Below, piece after piece: positions 18,388-28,558 of a stretch of 64,000 nucleotides of DNA (position 1 is the stretch's first letter; each line of letters begins with the position of its first letter). The translations under genes and the position numbers were made by a program. The notes beneath the pieces are model-generated. The model was given only the letters and a program-made list of their open reading frames with translations, was not told the DNA's origin and searched no databases. This DNA comes from an uncultured Actinomycetota bacterium (GTDB taxonomy: Bacteria > Actinomycetota > Actinomycetes > Propionibacteriales > Nocardioidaceae): NCBI GenBank assembly GCA_963837975.1, contig CAWIPI010000004.1:247791-311790 (forward strand), given 5' to 3'.

Positions 18388-19160
18388 CCGGCGGACGATT
18401 CCGCGTCGCCCGCGCGCGCCTCGATCGCGTCCAGGTCGCGCACGGCGTAGCGGAGGTGCTCCCACTCCTCCTCGAGGATCACCTGCAGGCAGGAGAGCGT
18501 GGTCTCGGGATGCTCCGGCGCCCACGGGTTCCTGCGCGTCGTGGCCAGCTCCTCGGGGGTGACCGTTGAAAGGAAGTCGCGCACCATGGCCACGCGTCCG
18601 GCGCGGGCCTCGAGCACCTCGTCGTACGACGGGGTCTCGTTCGAGAAGACGGAGGTGTCGTTGCCGTCGGCGGCGTACTCCACGTTGGGCTGGCCGAAGG
18701 GGTGGTACGGCTGCTCGACCTCCAGGATCGCCCGGCGCAGCCAGACGTCGGTGGCCATCACCAGGTGCCGCAGCGTCTGCGCGAAGGACCACTCGCCGTC
18801 GACCGACTCGTCGACGGTGCCGGGGGGCATCGACTCCACGCGATCGAGCGCGGCGGCCCAGGCGGTCCGGAGCGCCTCCCAGGCCGAGCGCAGCGTCTCC
18901 GGGTCGGCGGCCATCCGTTGCGAGCGGCCGGGGAAGCGCCGGTCGAGCTCGGCGTCGACGTACGCCGCAACATCGACCCCGTTGACGAGCAGCGAACCGT
19001 CCTCGCCGAGCAGCCAGGGCGCGTCCACGTCCATGCCCTGCGCGTCGACCCCGCGCATCACGACGCCGGACAGGTCGGCGCCGACGAACCGGGCTCCGCG
19101 CAGGTTCGCGTCGCGGAACGTCGCGCCCGACAGGTCGTCGGCGCTCGTGAAGTCGGTCAT
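18384..19160 (-). CDS. DinB-family protein with N-terminal pentapeptide repeats
   Basis: DLSGATFRDANLRGARF; EWSFAQTLRHL; EEWEH. Confidence 0.85.
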   Translation of the reverse strand: MTDFTSADDLSGATFRDANLRGARFVGADLSGVVMRGVDAQGMDVDAPWLLGEDGSLLVNGVDVAAYVDAELDRRFPGRSQRMAADPETLRSAWEALRTAWAAALDRVESMPPGTVDESVDGEWSFAQTLRHLVMATDVWLRRAILEVEQPYHPFGQPNVEYAADGNDTSVFSNETPSYDEVLEARAGRVAMVRDFLSTVTPEELATTRRNPWAPEHPETTLSCLQVILEEEWEHLRYAVRDLDAIEARAGDAESSAG

Positions 19161-19180
19161 GGGGCCCCTCGTCCTCGGTG

Positions 19181-19621
19181 TCAGCCGATCTGCTCGGCCA
19201 GGGCCACGATGATGCCGTCCGGGCCGCGGAGGTAACAGAGGCGGAACATGCTCTCGTACTGCGCGACCTCGCCGAGCAGCTCGGCGCCGTGGTTGCGCAG
19301 CCGGGCGATGGTGTCGTCGATGTCGTCGACCGCGAACATGATGCGATGCAGGCCGAACGTGTTGGGCACCGGCACCGGCGGGTCCGCGTGGACCGCCACC
19401 GGGACGTCGTACCTGGTCAGCTCCACCTTGCCGTGACCGTCCGGGGTGCGCATCATCGCGATCTCGCTGCGCAGCCCGTCGATGCCGACCGTCTGGTCCG
19501 CGAACGCGCCCTCGATCGGCATCCTGGCCTCGAGCTCCATACCGATCTCGGTGAAGAAGGCGACGGCCGCATCGAGGTCGGCGACGACGATGGCCACGTT
19601 GTCCATCCGCAGCAGGGTCAT
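19181..19621 (-). CDS. VOC/glyoxalase family protein
   Basis: NVAIVVADLDAAVAFF, IMFAVDDID, YLRGPDGIIVALAEQ. Confidence 0.9.
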   Translation of the reverse strand: MTLLRMDNVAIVVADLDAAVAFFTEIGMELEARMPIEGAFADQTVGIDGLRSEIAMMRTPDGHGKVELTRYDVPVAVHADPPVPVPNTFGLHRIMFAVDDIDDTIARLRNHGAELLGEVAQYESMFRLCYLRGPDGIIVALAEQIG

Positions 19622-19864
19622 GCCTGAGAGGTTAGGGAGCGCGGCCGTCCCCGAACAGGGTCAGCCCCTTGGACAGGGCAGCTGATGGACGGGCACCGGT
19701 CACGGGTTCTCGAGCGCCGCCGGCACCTGAGTGACGAGAAGCACCACTGGGAGCGGCGCACTGGTGCCTTTCGTCACGCGCGGTGGGTCTCGCGAAGCCG
19801 GGGCCAAGGAATGCCGCTGATCGGTGCCACTGAGTGACACCGGAGCGCGGCGTAGACGATGGCA

Positions 19865-19907
19865 GTGGTTTCGAGACGCTCGCTGGCGCTCGCTCCTCGA
19901 CCACCGA
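19865..19907 (+). repeat. REP-like intergenic repeat
   Basis: GTGGTTTCGAGACGCTCGCTGGCGCTCGCTCCTCGACCACCGA; related copies at 32903, 35530, 35546, 35663. Confidence 0.6.
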
Positions 19908-19962
19908 GGTCGGAAGGCGGCCGACCGTGGCGCGGAGGCGCCGACAGGAACAAGATGGCCCC

Positions 19963-20553
19963 ATGTTCATCGACACCGTTCCCGAGGAGGCCGCCGAGGG
20001 CGACCTCGCCGAGTTCTACAGCAAGCAGAGAGATGCCTGGGGCTTCCTGCCCAACTTCGCCACGGCCTTCTCGACCCGGCCGGAGGTGGCCATGGCATGG
20101 GTCAGGTTGGGTGCGGCCGTCGGGGGAGGCATGGACCGACGTCGCTACGAGATCGCCACGATCGCTGCCGCCCGGGCGCTGCGGTCGACGTACTGCACCG
20201 CGGCGCACTCGAAGTTCCTCCGCGACGTGTGTGGCGACGAGCCGACGATGGTGGCCATCGCGGAGGACCCGACGGGCGGCGGCCTCAGCGAGCAGGACCG
20301 CGCGGTCTACGACTTCGCGGGGCAGGTCGCCCGGGACGCAGCGTCGGTCCGGCAGGAGGACGTCGACAGGCTGCGCGCCGTCGGGCTCACGGACGCCGAC
20401 GTGGCGGACGTGGTCTTCGCCGCGGCCGCGCGGTCGTTCTTCACGCGTGTGCTGGACGGACTCGGCGCGCAGCTCGACCCGCAGACCGCCGAGACCTTCG
20501 CCCCGGAGATCCTCGAGTCGATGGTCGTCGGCCGGCCCGTGGCCGGGGCCTGA
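19963..20553 (+). CDS. Carboxymuconolactone decarboxylase/AhpD-like (peroxidase-related) protein
   Basis: MFIDTVPEEAAEG, RYEIATIAAARALRSTYCTAAH. Confidence 0.8.
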   Translation: MFIDTVPEEAAEGDLAEFYSKQRDAWGFLPNFATAFSTRPEVAMAWVRLGAAVGGGMDRRRYEIATIAAARALRSTYCTAAHSKFLRDVCGDEPTMVAIAEDPTGGGLSEQDRAVYDFAGQVARDAASVRQEDVDRLRAVGLTDADVADVVFAAAARSFFTRVLDGLGAQLDPQTAETFAPEILESMVVGRPVAGA

Positions 20554-20625
20554 CCCGGGTGGGGGAGCAGCGTCGTGCCAGGTGGAACGCGGAGGTCGAG
20601 GCGCCGGGGGAGGAGACGTAGCGAG

Positions 20626-23496
20626 TCAGCGTCGCCGAATCCAGAAGCCTGCCTTCGCGGTGCGGTCGGGGCGTTGGCCCGTGACCACGACGTGCTTGGG
20701 GCCGCGCCACGTGCCGACGCGGAACGTCATCCGGTAGGTGCCGGAAGCGGTGGCGTGCGCGCCGCGCGGCGAGACTCGCCTGCCGTTGTAGCGCACCGTG
20801 AGCCGCTCCCCGCCCGCGAGACCCGAGACGGCGACGGTCTGACGGTGCCGGACCCGCACCTTGCGGTGGGCGAGGCGCATGCCGAGGGTCTTCCTCGCGA
20901 TGACACGGACCGCAGCCCTGCCCGTCCGGTCGGCCTCCGAGCCGGTCACGGTGACCGTGGCGGTGCCGTCCTTGGTACGTGAAGGGATCGTCACCGTGCG
21001 GCTGAGCGACCCCGTGCCGCTGGCCGTCCCGGCAGCGACCTCGCTGTTGCCGACCCGGATCGTGTAGCGCTCGCCTGCGTCGAGCCCCTTGCCGGTGACG
21101 GGAACGCCCGAGCCCGCCGCGCGAAGTCCGCCCGGCGCGGCGACGACGACTGCCTTGGCCTGACGGTTGAGCGTGACGGCGACCTGGGTGGTCGTCGAGC
21201 CGTTGTCGTTGCTCGCTCGCAGGACGTAGGTGTTGGTGCCCAGCCTGGTCGGGCTGACCGAGGCCGAGCCGGACATGACCTTGCTCCCCGTCCAGTCGCC
21301 CGACGCCGTCACCGTGTCGGCGTCGGTCGAGCTCCAGGTGAGCGTCGTGGACTGGCCGCGACGAAGGTTCGAGTCACCCTCGTCGAGCTGCAGCTCGGGG
21401 GCGAGCTCGGTGGCCACCTCGGCGGTCGGGTCCGAGACGTCGCTGACGTCGTCGTACCCGTCGCGGGCGGCGGTCACCTCCACCGTGATCGCGGCGTGGC
21501 GCTGCGCCGGGGTGAGGGTGAGGGTCCGGTGCGTCGCACCCTCGATGGCGTTCTGGTCGGCGTACCACTGGTAGGCGACGCCGTCGGGACCAGGAGCCAC
21601 GGGGCCGGCATCCGCGGTCAGCACCTCACCCACCTTGACCGTGCCGGAGATCGTCGCGACGGGCAGCGTGCCGAAGGTGCCGGGGACGACGGTCCCGCTG
21701 TCCGTGGACTCCGAGACGCGGTTGAAGTAGTCCTTGGTCGCGGTGGCCCGCACGGTGAGCGCCGCTCCGGCGTCGCTCGGCCGCGGGGTGTAGGTGCTGC
21801 CCGTGCCGACACGGCTGCCGTCGCGCAGCCACTGCCAGGTCACCGCCGCGTCGGCGGGATCCAGGTGTCCGTCGGGGAGCGCGGCGCTGAGCGGGCTGTC
21901 GACGGCCGGGGTGCCGCTGATGACCGGGGCCGGGAGGGTGATCACACCGCCGCTGACGGGGCCCACCTCCGCGGAGGTCACCGGGGTCTCGGTGACGTCG
22001 TCCTTGGTGCCGGTCACCTGGAACGCGATGGTCGCGCCCGCGTCGGCGTTGGTCAGCACGTACGTCGCGTCGGTGGCGTCCGCAACAGGGGATCCGTTGC
22101 GCAGCCACTGCTTCGCGAGGGGCGTTCCGTCGTACGCCGTGACCGCGGACGCGTCCCCACGCAGGGTGCGTCCGACGGTGGTGGTCCCGACGACCTTGGT
22201 GCCGACGACGCGAGAGGTGGCTGCCGAGGTGTCGGTGGAGTCGTTGTAGCCGTGCTTGCGCGCGGTGACCTGGACCGTGATCGTGGAGTCCTGCTGGGCG
22301 CTCGTGAGGGTGAGCTCCGGTCCGGTCGCTCCCGCGATGGCTGCGCCGTCGGAGAACCAGCGGTAGGTGAGGGACGTCGCGGTCGGAGTCACGTCGCCGG
22401 AGTCCGCCGTCAGGGTCTGCCCGACCTGGGGCGTCCCGGCGATGGTGGCGGTCGTGCCGGTGGTGAAGTCGATCGGCAGCGGCGCGCGGACGGCCACGCT
22501 GTGCAGGTGGCCGACGGCGATCGCCGTGTAGCCGGTGCCCGCCGGCAGGGCGGGGACGCACAGCTGGCACTGGCCGTTGTGGCCCCAGGCGAGCACGTTG
22601 CCCTCGGAGGTCAGCGCGAGGCTGTGCCAGACGCTGGCCTCGAGGTCGACGACGACCTGGTCGCCCACGGGCGGGACCTCGATCTGGTGTCGGCTGTTGT
22701 CGCCCCAGGCGACGAGCTCGCCGTCGGAGGTCAGCGCGACGCTGTGCCAGAGGCCTCCCGCGACGTCGGTGACGGTCTTGTCGGCCAGCGAGGCGGGCAC
22801 GTCGGTCTGGCCGTGGTCGTTCCTGCCCCAGGCCGTGACGCGGCCGTCGGAGGTCACCGCCAGGCTGTGGCTGAAGGCGGCGTCGATGACGGTGACCGTC
22901 TTGCCGGCGAGAGAGGCCGGCACGGCGGTCTGACCGGATTCGTTCGCACCCCAGGCCACGACCTGACCGTCCGAGGTCAGCGCCAGGCTGTGGCCACAAC
23001 CGGCCGAGATCGCCGTGACGGTCTTGCCGGCGAGGGAGCCCGGCACGGTCGCCTGGCCGGAGTCGTTCGCACCCCAGGCGGTGACCGCGCCGTCGGAGGT
23101 GAGCGCCAGGCTGAAGCCACAACCGGCCGCCACGGAGGTCACGGTCCTGTCCTGGAGCGAGGCCGGCACGTCGGTCTGGCCGGAGGAGTTGTCCCCCCAC
23201 GCGGTGACCCGGCCGTCGGAGGTCAGCGCCAGCTGGTGGCCGTCGAAGGCGCTGATGGCGATGACGTCCTTGCCGGCGAGCGAGTCCGGGGCGGCTTCCG
23301 TGCCGTACCACGTCACCACCGTGCCGTCCCCGGAGTCGGCCTGGGCAGGTGCCGCGGCCAGGGCCGAGCCGCCGAGGGCGAGCAGGACGACGACCGAAGC
23401 GGCGACGAGCCGGCCGACCGGGGTGGGGCGCTCAGGACGCCCTCCGGGGAGACGGGCAGCGCGGGCGGAGGCAGAGGGCGCCGAGACAGGGGGCAC
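20626..23496 (-). CDS. Secreted RCC1/BLIP-II repeat protein with tandem Ig-like stalk repeats
   Basis: Signal peptide ending APAQA; repeats HSLALTSDGxVxAWGxNxxGQTxVPASL; repeated ISGTxxVGxTLTA...YxW. Confidence 0.85.
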   Translation of the reverse strand: MPPVSAPSASARAARLPGGRPERPTPVGRLVAASVVVLLALGGSALAAAPAQADSGDGTVVTWYGTEAAPDSLAGKDVIAISAFDGHQLALTSDGRVTAWGDNSSGQTDVPASLQDRTVTSVAAGCGFSLALTSDGAVTAWGANDSGQATVPGSLAGKTVTAISAGCGHSLALTSDGQVVAWGANESGQTAVPASLAGKTVTVIDAAFSHSLAVTSDGRVTAWGRNDHGQTDVPASLADKTVTDVAGGLWHSVALTSDGELVAWGDNSRHQIEVPPVGDQVVVDLEASVWHSLALTSEGNVLAWGHNGQCQLCVPALPAGTGYTAIAVGHLHSVAVRAPLPIDFTTGTTATIAGTPQVGQTLTADSGDVTPTATSLTYRWFSDGAAIAGATGPELTLTSAQQDSTITVQVTARKHGYNDSTDTSAATSRVVGTKVVGTTTVGRTLRGDASAVTAYDGTPLAKQWLRNGSPVADATDATYVLTNADAGATIAFQVTGTKDDVTETPVTSAEVGPVSGGVITLPAPVISGTPAVDSPLSAALPDGHLDPADAAVTWQWLRDGSRVGTGSTYTPRPSDAGAALTVRATATKDYFNRVSESTDSGTVVPGTFGTLPVATISGTVKVGEVLTADAGPVAPGPDGVAYQWYADQNAIEGATHRTLTLTPAQRHAAITVEVTAARDGYDDVSDVSDPTAEVATELAPELQLDEGDSNLRRGQSTTLTWSSTDADTVTASGDWTGSKVMSGSASVSPTRLGTNTYVLRASNDNGSTTTQVAVTLNRQAKAVVVAAPGGLRAAGSGVPVTGKGLDAGERYTIRVGNSEVAAGTASGTGSLSRTVTIPSRTKDGTATVTVTGSEADRTGRAAVRVIARKTLGMRLAHRKVRVRHRQTVAVSGLAGGERLTVRYNGRRVSPRGAHATASGTYRMTFRVGTWRGPKHVVVTGQRPDRTAKAGFWIRRR

Positions 23497-23689
23497 GAGC
23501 GGTCCTTGGGCTGAAGGGCCGGCGACCGCGTGTCCGAGTGACGAGGTGCGGTGCGGTGCCGCGGGCTCAACCTAGGCGCAGAGGGACACTCGCGCCCGTC
23601 GAACAATGAAAAATGGCGGCATCGGCGTACCGGAGGACCCGGGTGCGCAATGACAGGCAGCGCAGCCCCCACTACCGGATACTGGGCGG

Positions 23690-24661
23690 ATGGCCCGTAC
23701 TCGCTGCTACCGCGGGGGAGTCCTCACCGACGAGGACTTCCCCATCGACCAGCTCTCCGAGCACCTGACGGACGCTTCGGCCGTCGTGTGGGTCGATCTG
23801 TGTGCGCCGGACCACGAGGAGCTGAAGCTCGTCGCCGACGAGCTCGGGCTGCACAGGCTGGCGGTCGAGGACGCCGCGCAGGGGCGCCAGCGGCCCAAGC
23901 TCGACCGCTACGCCGGGCACGACTTCCTCAGCGCCTACTCGGTGCAGCTCGACGTCGACAGCGGTGAGCTGGTCACGGGCGAGATCCACGCGTTCATCAC
24001 GCCGGCCGCCCTCGTCACTGTCCGCCGCGACGACTCGTTCTCCATGGACGCCGTGCTGGAGCGGTGGGACAACGAGGTCGACCTCACCAGATTCGGCGTC
24101 GGGGCCCTGCTCCACGGGCTGCTGGACGTCCTGGTCGACGGGCACTTCGACGCGGTCGAGTCCCTCGACGACCAGATCGAGCAGCTGGAGGACCTGCTGT
24201 TCGACGACCGGCCGCACGACCAGGGGGTGCAGCGCCGCAGCTTCGAGCTGCGCAAGAGCCTGGTCCAGCTCCGTCGCGTGGTCCTGCCGATGCGGGAGGT
24301 CGTCAACACCCTGATGCGACGCGACGTCGGGCTGGTGTCCGAGGAGCTCCTGCCCTACTACCAGGACGTCTACGACCACGTGCTGCGCGCGACGGAGTGG
24401 ACCGAGAGCCTCCGCGACCTCGTCAACACCATCCTCGAGACGAACCTGACGATCCAGGGCAACCGTCTCAACGTCATCACCAAGAAGGTCACGAGCTGGG
24501 CCGCGATCATCGCGGTGCCCACAGCCGTCACCGGCTTCTACGGCCAGAACCTGCCCTACCCGGGGTTCGCCCGCGAGTCGGGCTTCCTCACCTCGTCGAT
24601 CCTCATCCTGGCTCTGTCCGGCGCACTGTACGTCGCGTTCAAGCGCAACGACTGGCTCTGA
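23690..24661 (+). CDS. corA: CorA family magnesium transporter
   Basis: VWVDL, HRLAVED, QRPK, YQDVYDH, GFYGQN variant of the GMN motif, two C-terminal TMs. Confidence 0.9.
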   Translation: MARTRCYRGGVLTDEDFPIDQLSEHLTDASAVVWVDLCAPDHEELKLVADELGLHRLAVEDAAQGRQRPKLDRYAGHDFLSAYSVQLDVDSGELVTGEIHAFITPAALVTVRRDDSFSMDAVLERWDNEVDLTRFGVGALLHGLLDVLVDGHFDAVESLDDQIEQLEDLLFDDRPHDQGVQRRSFELRKSLVQLRRVVLPMREVVNTLMRRDVGLVSEELLPYYQDVYDHVLRATEWTESLRDLVNTILETNLTIQGNRLNVITKKVTSWAAIIAVPTAVTGFYGQNLPYPGFARESGFLTSSILILALSGALYVAFKRNDWL

Positions 24662-24691
24662 GCGGGGTGTCCCTCTCGCCCGGGGTCGACC

Positions 24692-25495
24692 TCAGTGCAC
24701 GTGGATGTCCCGCCTCGCGAAGACGGGCAGCGCAGCCGCCAGGGCGAGGACCGCGACCAGCACGACCCAGCCGATCGACGCGGGGAGCGCGCTACCCAGC
24801 GGTCCGCCGGAGAGGGCCTGGTCGAAGGGGGAGAGCGGTCGCCAGGGCTCCATGAAGTCCACGATCAGGCCGAGGGCGTAGAGCAGGTAGCTCGCCACCG
24901 CGGCCGTGCCGGCGATGCCCAGGGCGAGGGCGCGGTGGCCCGTCGCCGCCCCGATGGCCAGGGCCACGAAGCCGAACTCGACGCCCATCAGCACCATCGC
25001 CAGGGAGGCGGTCGCGAGGTCGCCCGCGCCGATGTCCATGCCGAAGGTCGGCGCCGTCACCAGGAAGGTGAGGAACACGAGCGCTCCCAGGAACAGCAGC
25101 GAGGTGGCGAGCGCGGCCGCCTTCTGCAGGACCAGGCTCGTCGTCGACACCCGGGTGACGAGCAGCACCTCGAGCGTCCCGCCCTCCTCCTCTCCGGCCA
25201 CCAGGCGGGCGCCGCGGCTGATCCCGAAGATGATGAACAGCAGCGGCAGCACCAGCGTGAACAGCTCGGCGTTCATGAACCCGCTCGCCGTCGCCATCTT
25301 CTCGAGGTCGAACAGCTGGCGCATCGCCTCGGGGTAGGCCTCGACGAACTCGTCGAAGTCCGGCATGTCGCGGACCGTCGGCCAGACCGACGACTCCATC
25401 AGCACCAGCAGGACCACGCCGGTGCCCCAGCCGACCAGCGCCCACCGCTGGTCGCGCAGCGACTTGGTGAACACGTTGCGCAGCACGACGCTCAC
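24692..25495 (-). CDS. ABC-2 type transporter permease
   Basis: AGEEEGGTLEVLL, multiple TMs; coupled to ATPase. Confidence 0.85.
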   Translation of the reverse strand: MSVVLRNVFTKSLRDQRWALVGWGTGVVLLVLMESSVWPTVRDMPDFDEFVEAYPEAMRQLFDLEKMATASGFMNAELFTLVLPLLFIIFGISRGARLVAGEEEGGTLEVLLVTRVSTTSLVLQKAAALATSLLFLGALVFLTFLVTAPTFGMDIGAGDLATASLAMVLMGVEFGFVALAIGAATGHRALALGIAGTAAVASYLLYALGLIVDFMEPWRPLSPFDQALSGGPLGSALPASIGWVVLVAVLALAAALPVFARRDIHVH

Positions 25496-26382
25496 CCCTC
25501 CTGCTCGTACCAGCCGAGGAAGACCTCCTCGAGGTCCGGCTCGTGGGTGACGACGTTCTCCACGCCGTACGGCGCCGCCGCTGTCACCAGCTCGACCATC
25601 GAGCCCTCGACGGCCAGGTGCACCGTCCGGTCCACCAGGTGCACGTCGTGCACGCCCGGGACCCGCGCGAGCGCGTCGGTGGGCGGGACGGAGACGAAGG
25701 TCAGGTCGACCCGGCGTACCGCCTGCCGCTCGAGACGCGCCACGGTGTCGGTCACCAGCAGCTCGCCGGCACGCAGGATCGCCACGACGTCCGCGATCGC
25801 CTCGACCTCGCTGAGCACGTGCGAGGACAGGAACACCGTCCTCCCGGCGTCGCGCGCCTCCCGGACCAGGGCGAGGAACTCCCGCTGCACCAGCGGGTCC
25901 AGGCCGGCGGTCGGCTCGTCGAGGACCAGCACCTCCGGCTCGTGCATGAACGCCTGCACGATGCCGACCTTCTGCCGGTTGCCGTGCGACATGGCGCCGA
26001 TCCGCTCGTCGAGGCGCAGCTGCAGGCGCTCGGCCAGCTGACCGACCAGCGTCCAGGAGACCCCGCCGCGCAGGGCGCCGAGGTAGCGCAGGACCTGCTC
26101 GCCGGTCAGGTCGGCGTACGCCACGAAGTCGCCCGGCAGGTAGCCGACCAGGCGCTGCACGGCCTCACGTTCGCGTACGACGTCGTGCCCCAGGACCGTT
26201 GCCCGGCCGGAGGTGGGGCGCATCAGCCCGGCCAGGATCCTGATCGTCGTCGTCTTGCCCGACCCGTTGGGGCCCAGGTAGCCGAACACCACTCGTGGGG
26301 GGACCACCAGGTCGATGCCGCGCAGCGCGTGCGTGCGTCCGTAGCGCTTGTCCAGGGCCGCCGTCGCGATCGCTGCGTCCAT
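25492..26382 (-). CDS. ABC transporter ATP-binding protein
   Basis: [28 protein letters not shown]. Confidence 0.95.
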   Translation of the reverse strand: MDAAIATAALDKRYGRTHALRGIDLVVPPRVVFGYLGPNGSGKTTTIRILAGLMRPTSGRATVLGHDVVREREAVQRLVGYLPGDFVAYADLTGEQVLRYLGALRGGVSWTLVGQLAERLQLRLDERIGAMSHGNRQKVGIVQAFMHEPEVLVLDEPTAGLDPLVQREFLALVREARDAGRTVFLSSHVLSEVEAIADVVAILRAGELLVTDTVARLERQAVRRVDLTFVSVPPTDALARVPGVHDVHLVDRTVHLAVEGSMVELVTAAAPYGVENVVTHEPDLEEVFLGWYEQEG

Positions 26383-26506
26383 GGTCTGCCGCCCCCTCTG
26401 CCTCCCTTGTACCGGCTCGGCGGCACGGTCGCGAAGGGGCGAAGGTCACCGCGCCGCCGTCGCGGCCGCCCGACCAGCCAGCGCGTACCGGCCCCTTCGA
26501 GCGGTC

Positions 26507-26541
26507 GGGCCGTTCTGCCGGATGCTCGGGCCCAAGGGCCC
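26507..26541. promoter_or_regulatory. Tandem DosR/DevR-like palindromic boxes
   Basis: GGGCCGTTCTGCCG (26507) and GGGCCCAAGGGCCC (26528); another, GGGGCGAAGGTCAC, at 26436. Confidence 0.5.
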
Positions 26542-26598
26542 TAGAGCGACAGGGTGCCGCGCGGCAACGTGGGGGGCAGGCTCCACGAGGAGGAGACG

Positions 26599-26841
26599 AT
26601 GGAAGACCTGGAGAACGCACGCGCGCAGGCCGAGGCCCGCAAGTCCACGGACCGTCCGAGCAGCGCCGACCGGGCGCGGTTCTGGGCCGGGCTCAACCGC
26701 TACCTCGCCAGCGAGGCGGCGCACGCACACAAGGCCGCCGAGCGCGAGCGCGAGGACGACACGTCGACCGGGGCCCAGAAGAGCCACGGGCCCGACGACG
26801 GGCCCGACGACGGGCCCGACCACCCGGTACGCGAGAGCTGA
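26599..26841 (+). CDS. Small hypothetical protein (80 aa)
   Basis: Strong RBS GAGGAGGAG before ATG; first gene ahead of acsA; GPDD tandem repeat. Confidence 0.5.
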   Translation: MEDLENARAQAEARKSTDRPSSADRARFWAGLNRYLASEAAHAHKAAEREREDDTSTGAQKSHGPDDGPDDGPDHPVRES

Positions 26842-26848
26842 GCCGAGC

Positions 26849-28558
26849 GTGCCGCCGGCGAGCGACACCGCGACGGTGTGGCAGCAGGCGAGGGAGTCGC
26901 TCGACGGGCTGCCCGGCGGACAGGGACTGAACCTGGCCCACGAGGCCGTCGACCGGCACGTCCTGCACGGTGACGGCGGTGTCGTCGCCCTGCGCTGCAT
27001 CGCCACCGACGAGTCCACGACCGACCACACCTACGCCGACCTCCGCGAGCTGACCAACCGGTTCGCAGGGGTCCTCGACGCGCTCGGGGTCGCTCCGGGG
27101 CAGACGGTGTTCTCCCTCCTCGGCCGCGGCCTGGAGACCTACGTGACCTCGCTCGGGACGGTCAAGCACACCAGCGTGTTCTGTCCGCTGTTCGCGGCGT
27201 TCGGTCCCGAGCCCGTCCGGGAGCGGCTGCGCCTGGGGCACGGCAGGGTGCTGGTCACGACCGCGGAGCTCTACCGCCGGCGCATCGAGCCGATGCGCGA
27301 GCAGCTGCCCGACCTCGAGCACGTGCTCCTCGTCGACGCCGAGGACGTGCCGGGGACGCTGTCGTTCCACCGGCTGCTCGACGAGGCGGACAGCGGGTAC
27401 GAGATCCCGCCCACCGACCCCGAGACCCCGGCGCTGCTGCACTTCACCAGCGGCACCACCGGCAAGCCCAAGGGCGCCGTGCACGTCCACGAGGCCGTGG
27501 TCGCCCACCACGCCACCAGCGCCCACGCCCTCGGACTGCGCCGCGGCGACGTCTTCTGGTGCACCGCGGACCCGGGCTGGGTCACCGGCACGTCGTACGG
27601 CATCGTCGCGCCGCTGACCCACGGCACCACCGTGATCTGCGACGCGGGGGAGTACGCCGCCCGCCGCTGGTACGGCATCCTCGCGGAGCAGCGCGTCACC
27701 GTCTGGTACACCGCCCCCACGGCGATCCGCATGCTGATGCGCGCCGGCACCGACGTGATCGCGGACTACGACCTGTCCACCCTGCGCCACGTGGCCAGCG
27801 TCGGGGAGCCGCTGAACCCCGAGGCCGTCGTCTGGGCCCAGGCGGCCTACGAACGGCCGGTGCTCGACAACTGGTGGCAGACCGAGACCGGCGCGATCAT
27901 GATCGCCAACAGCCCCGACATGGAGGTGCGCCCCGGCTCGATGGGCCGGCCCGTGCCGGGCGTCGCGGTCGCGCTGCTGGAGCGCGGCGAGGACGGGCGC
28001 GCGCAGGTCGTCGACGACACGGTGCGCCAGGTGAGCGAGACCGGCCGGACCGGCGAGCTGGCGCTGCGCCCCGGCTGGCCCTCGATGTTCCGGGCCTACC
28101 TCGACGAGGAGGAGCGCTACCAGAAGTGCTTCGCGGGAGGCTGGTACCTCTCCGGCGACCTCGCCCGACGTGACGAGGACGGCTACTTCTGGTTCGTCGG
28201 CCGCGCCGACGACGTGATCAAGTCGGCCGGCCACCTCATCGGGCCCTTCGAGGTGGAGAGCGCGCTGATGGAGCACGACGCCGTCGTCGAGGCGGGCGTG
28301 ATCGGCAAGCCGGACCCGGTGGCCGGCGAGGTGGTCAAGGCCTTCGTGACACTGCGCCCCGGCTTCGAGCCGACCGAGGCGCTGCGGCGCGAGCTGATCG
28401 CGTTCGGCCGGCGCCGCCTGGGCTCGGTGGCGCCGCGCGAGATCGTCTTCGACCAGCACCTGCCGCACACGCGCAGCGGCAAGGTGATGCGGCGGCTGCT
28501 CAAGGCCCGCGAGCTCGGGCTGCCCGAGGGTGACCTGTCGACGCTGGAGAGTGCCTGA
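26849..28558 (+). CDS. acsA: Acetate-CoA ligase (AcsA-type)
   Basis: [42 protein letters not shown]; start uncertain. Confidence 0.9.
   Translation: MPPASDTATVWQQARESLDGLPGGQGLNLAHEAVDRHVLHGDGGVVALRCIATDESTTDHTYADLRELTNRFAGVLDALGVAPGQTVFSLLGRGLETYVTSLGTVKHTSVFCPLFAAFGPEPVRERLRLGHGRVLVTTAELYRRRIEPMREQLPDLEHVLLVDAEDVPGTLSFHRLLDEADSGYEIPPTDPETPALLHFTSGTTGKPKGAVHVHEAVVAHHATSAHALGLRRGDVFWCTADPGWVTGTSYGIVAPLTHGTTVICDAGEYAARRWYGILAEQRVTVWYTAPTAIRMLMRAGTDVIADYDLSTLRHVASVGEPLNPEAVVWAQAAYERPVLDNWWQTETGAIMIANSPDMEVRPGSMGRPVPGVAVALLERGEDGRAQVVDDTVRQVSETGRTGELALRPGWPSMFRAYLDEEERYQKCFAGGWYLSGDLARRDEDGYFWFVGRADDVIKSAGHLIGPFEVESALMEHDAVVEAGVIGKPDPVAGEVVKAFVTLRPGFEPTEALRRELIAFGRRRLGSVAPREIVFDQHLPHTRSGKVMRRLLKARELGLPEGDLSTLESA

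Noticed and set aside
22560-23300. Regularly spaced DNA repeats as a possible CRISPR array
   Set aside because: Degenerate in-frame RCC1 protein repeats; no unique spacers and no cas genes
23497-23689. Possible riboswitch or sRNA between the RCC1 gene and corA
   Set aside because: No recognisable M-box or other riboswitch consensus by eye; a covariance-model search would be needed
26348-26848. N-terminal extension of acsA (736-aa call)
   Set aside because: Overlaps the divergent ABC gene start, the promoter boxes and a better-supported small ORF; ligase similarity begins near 26849
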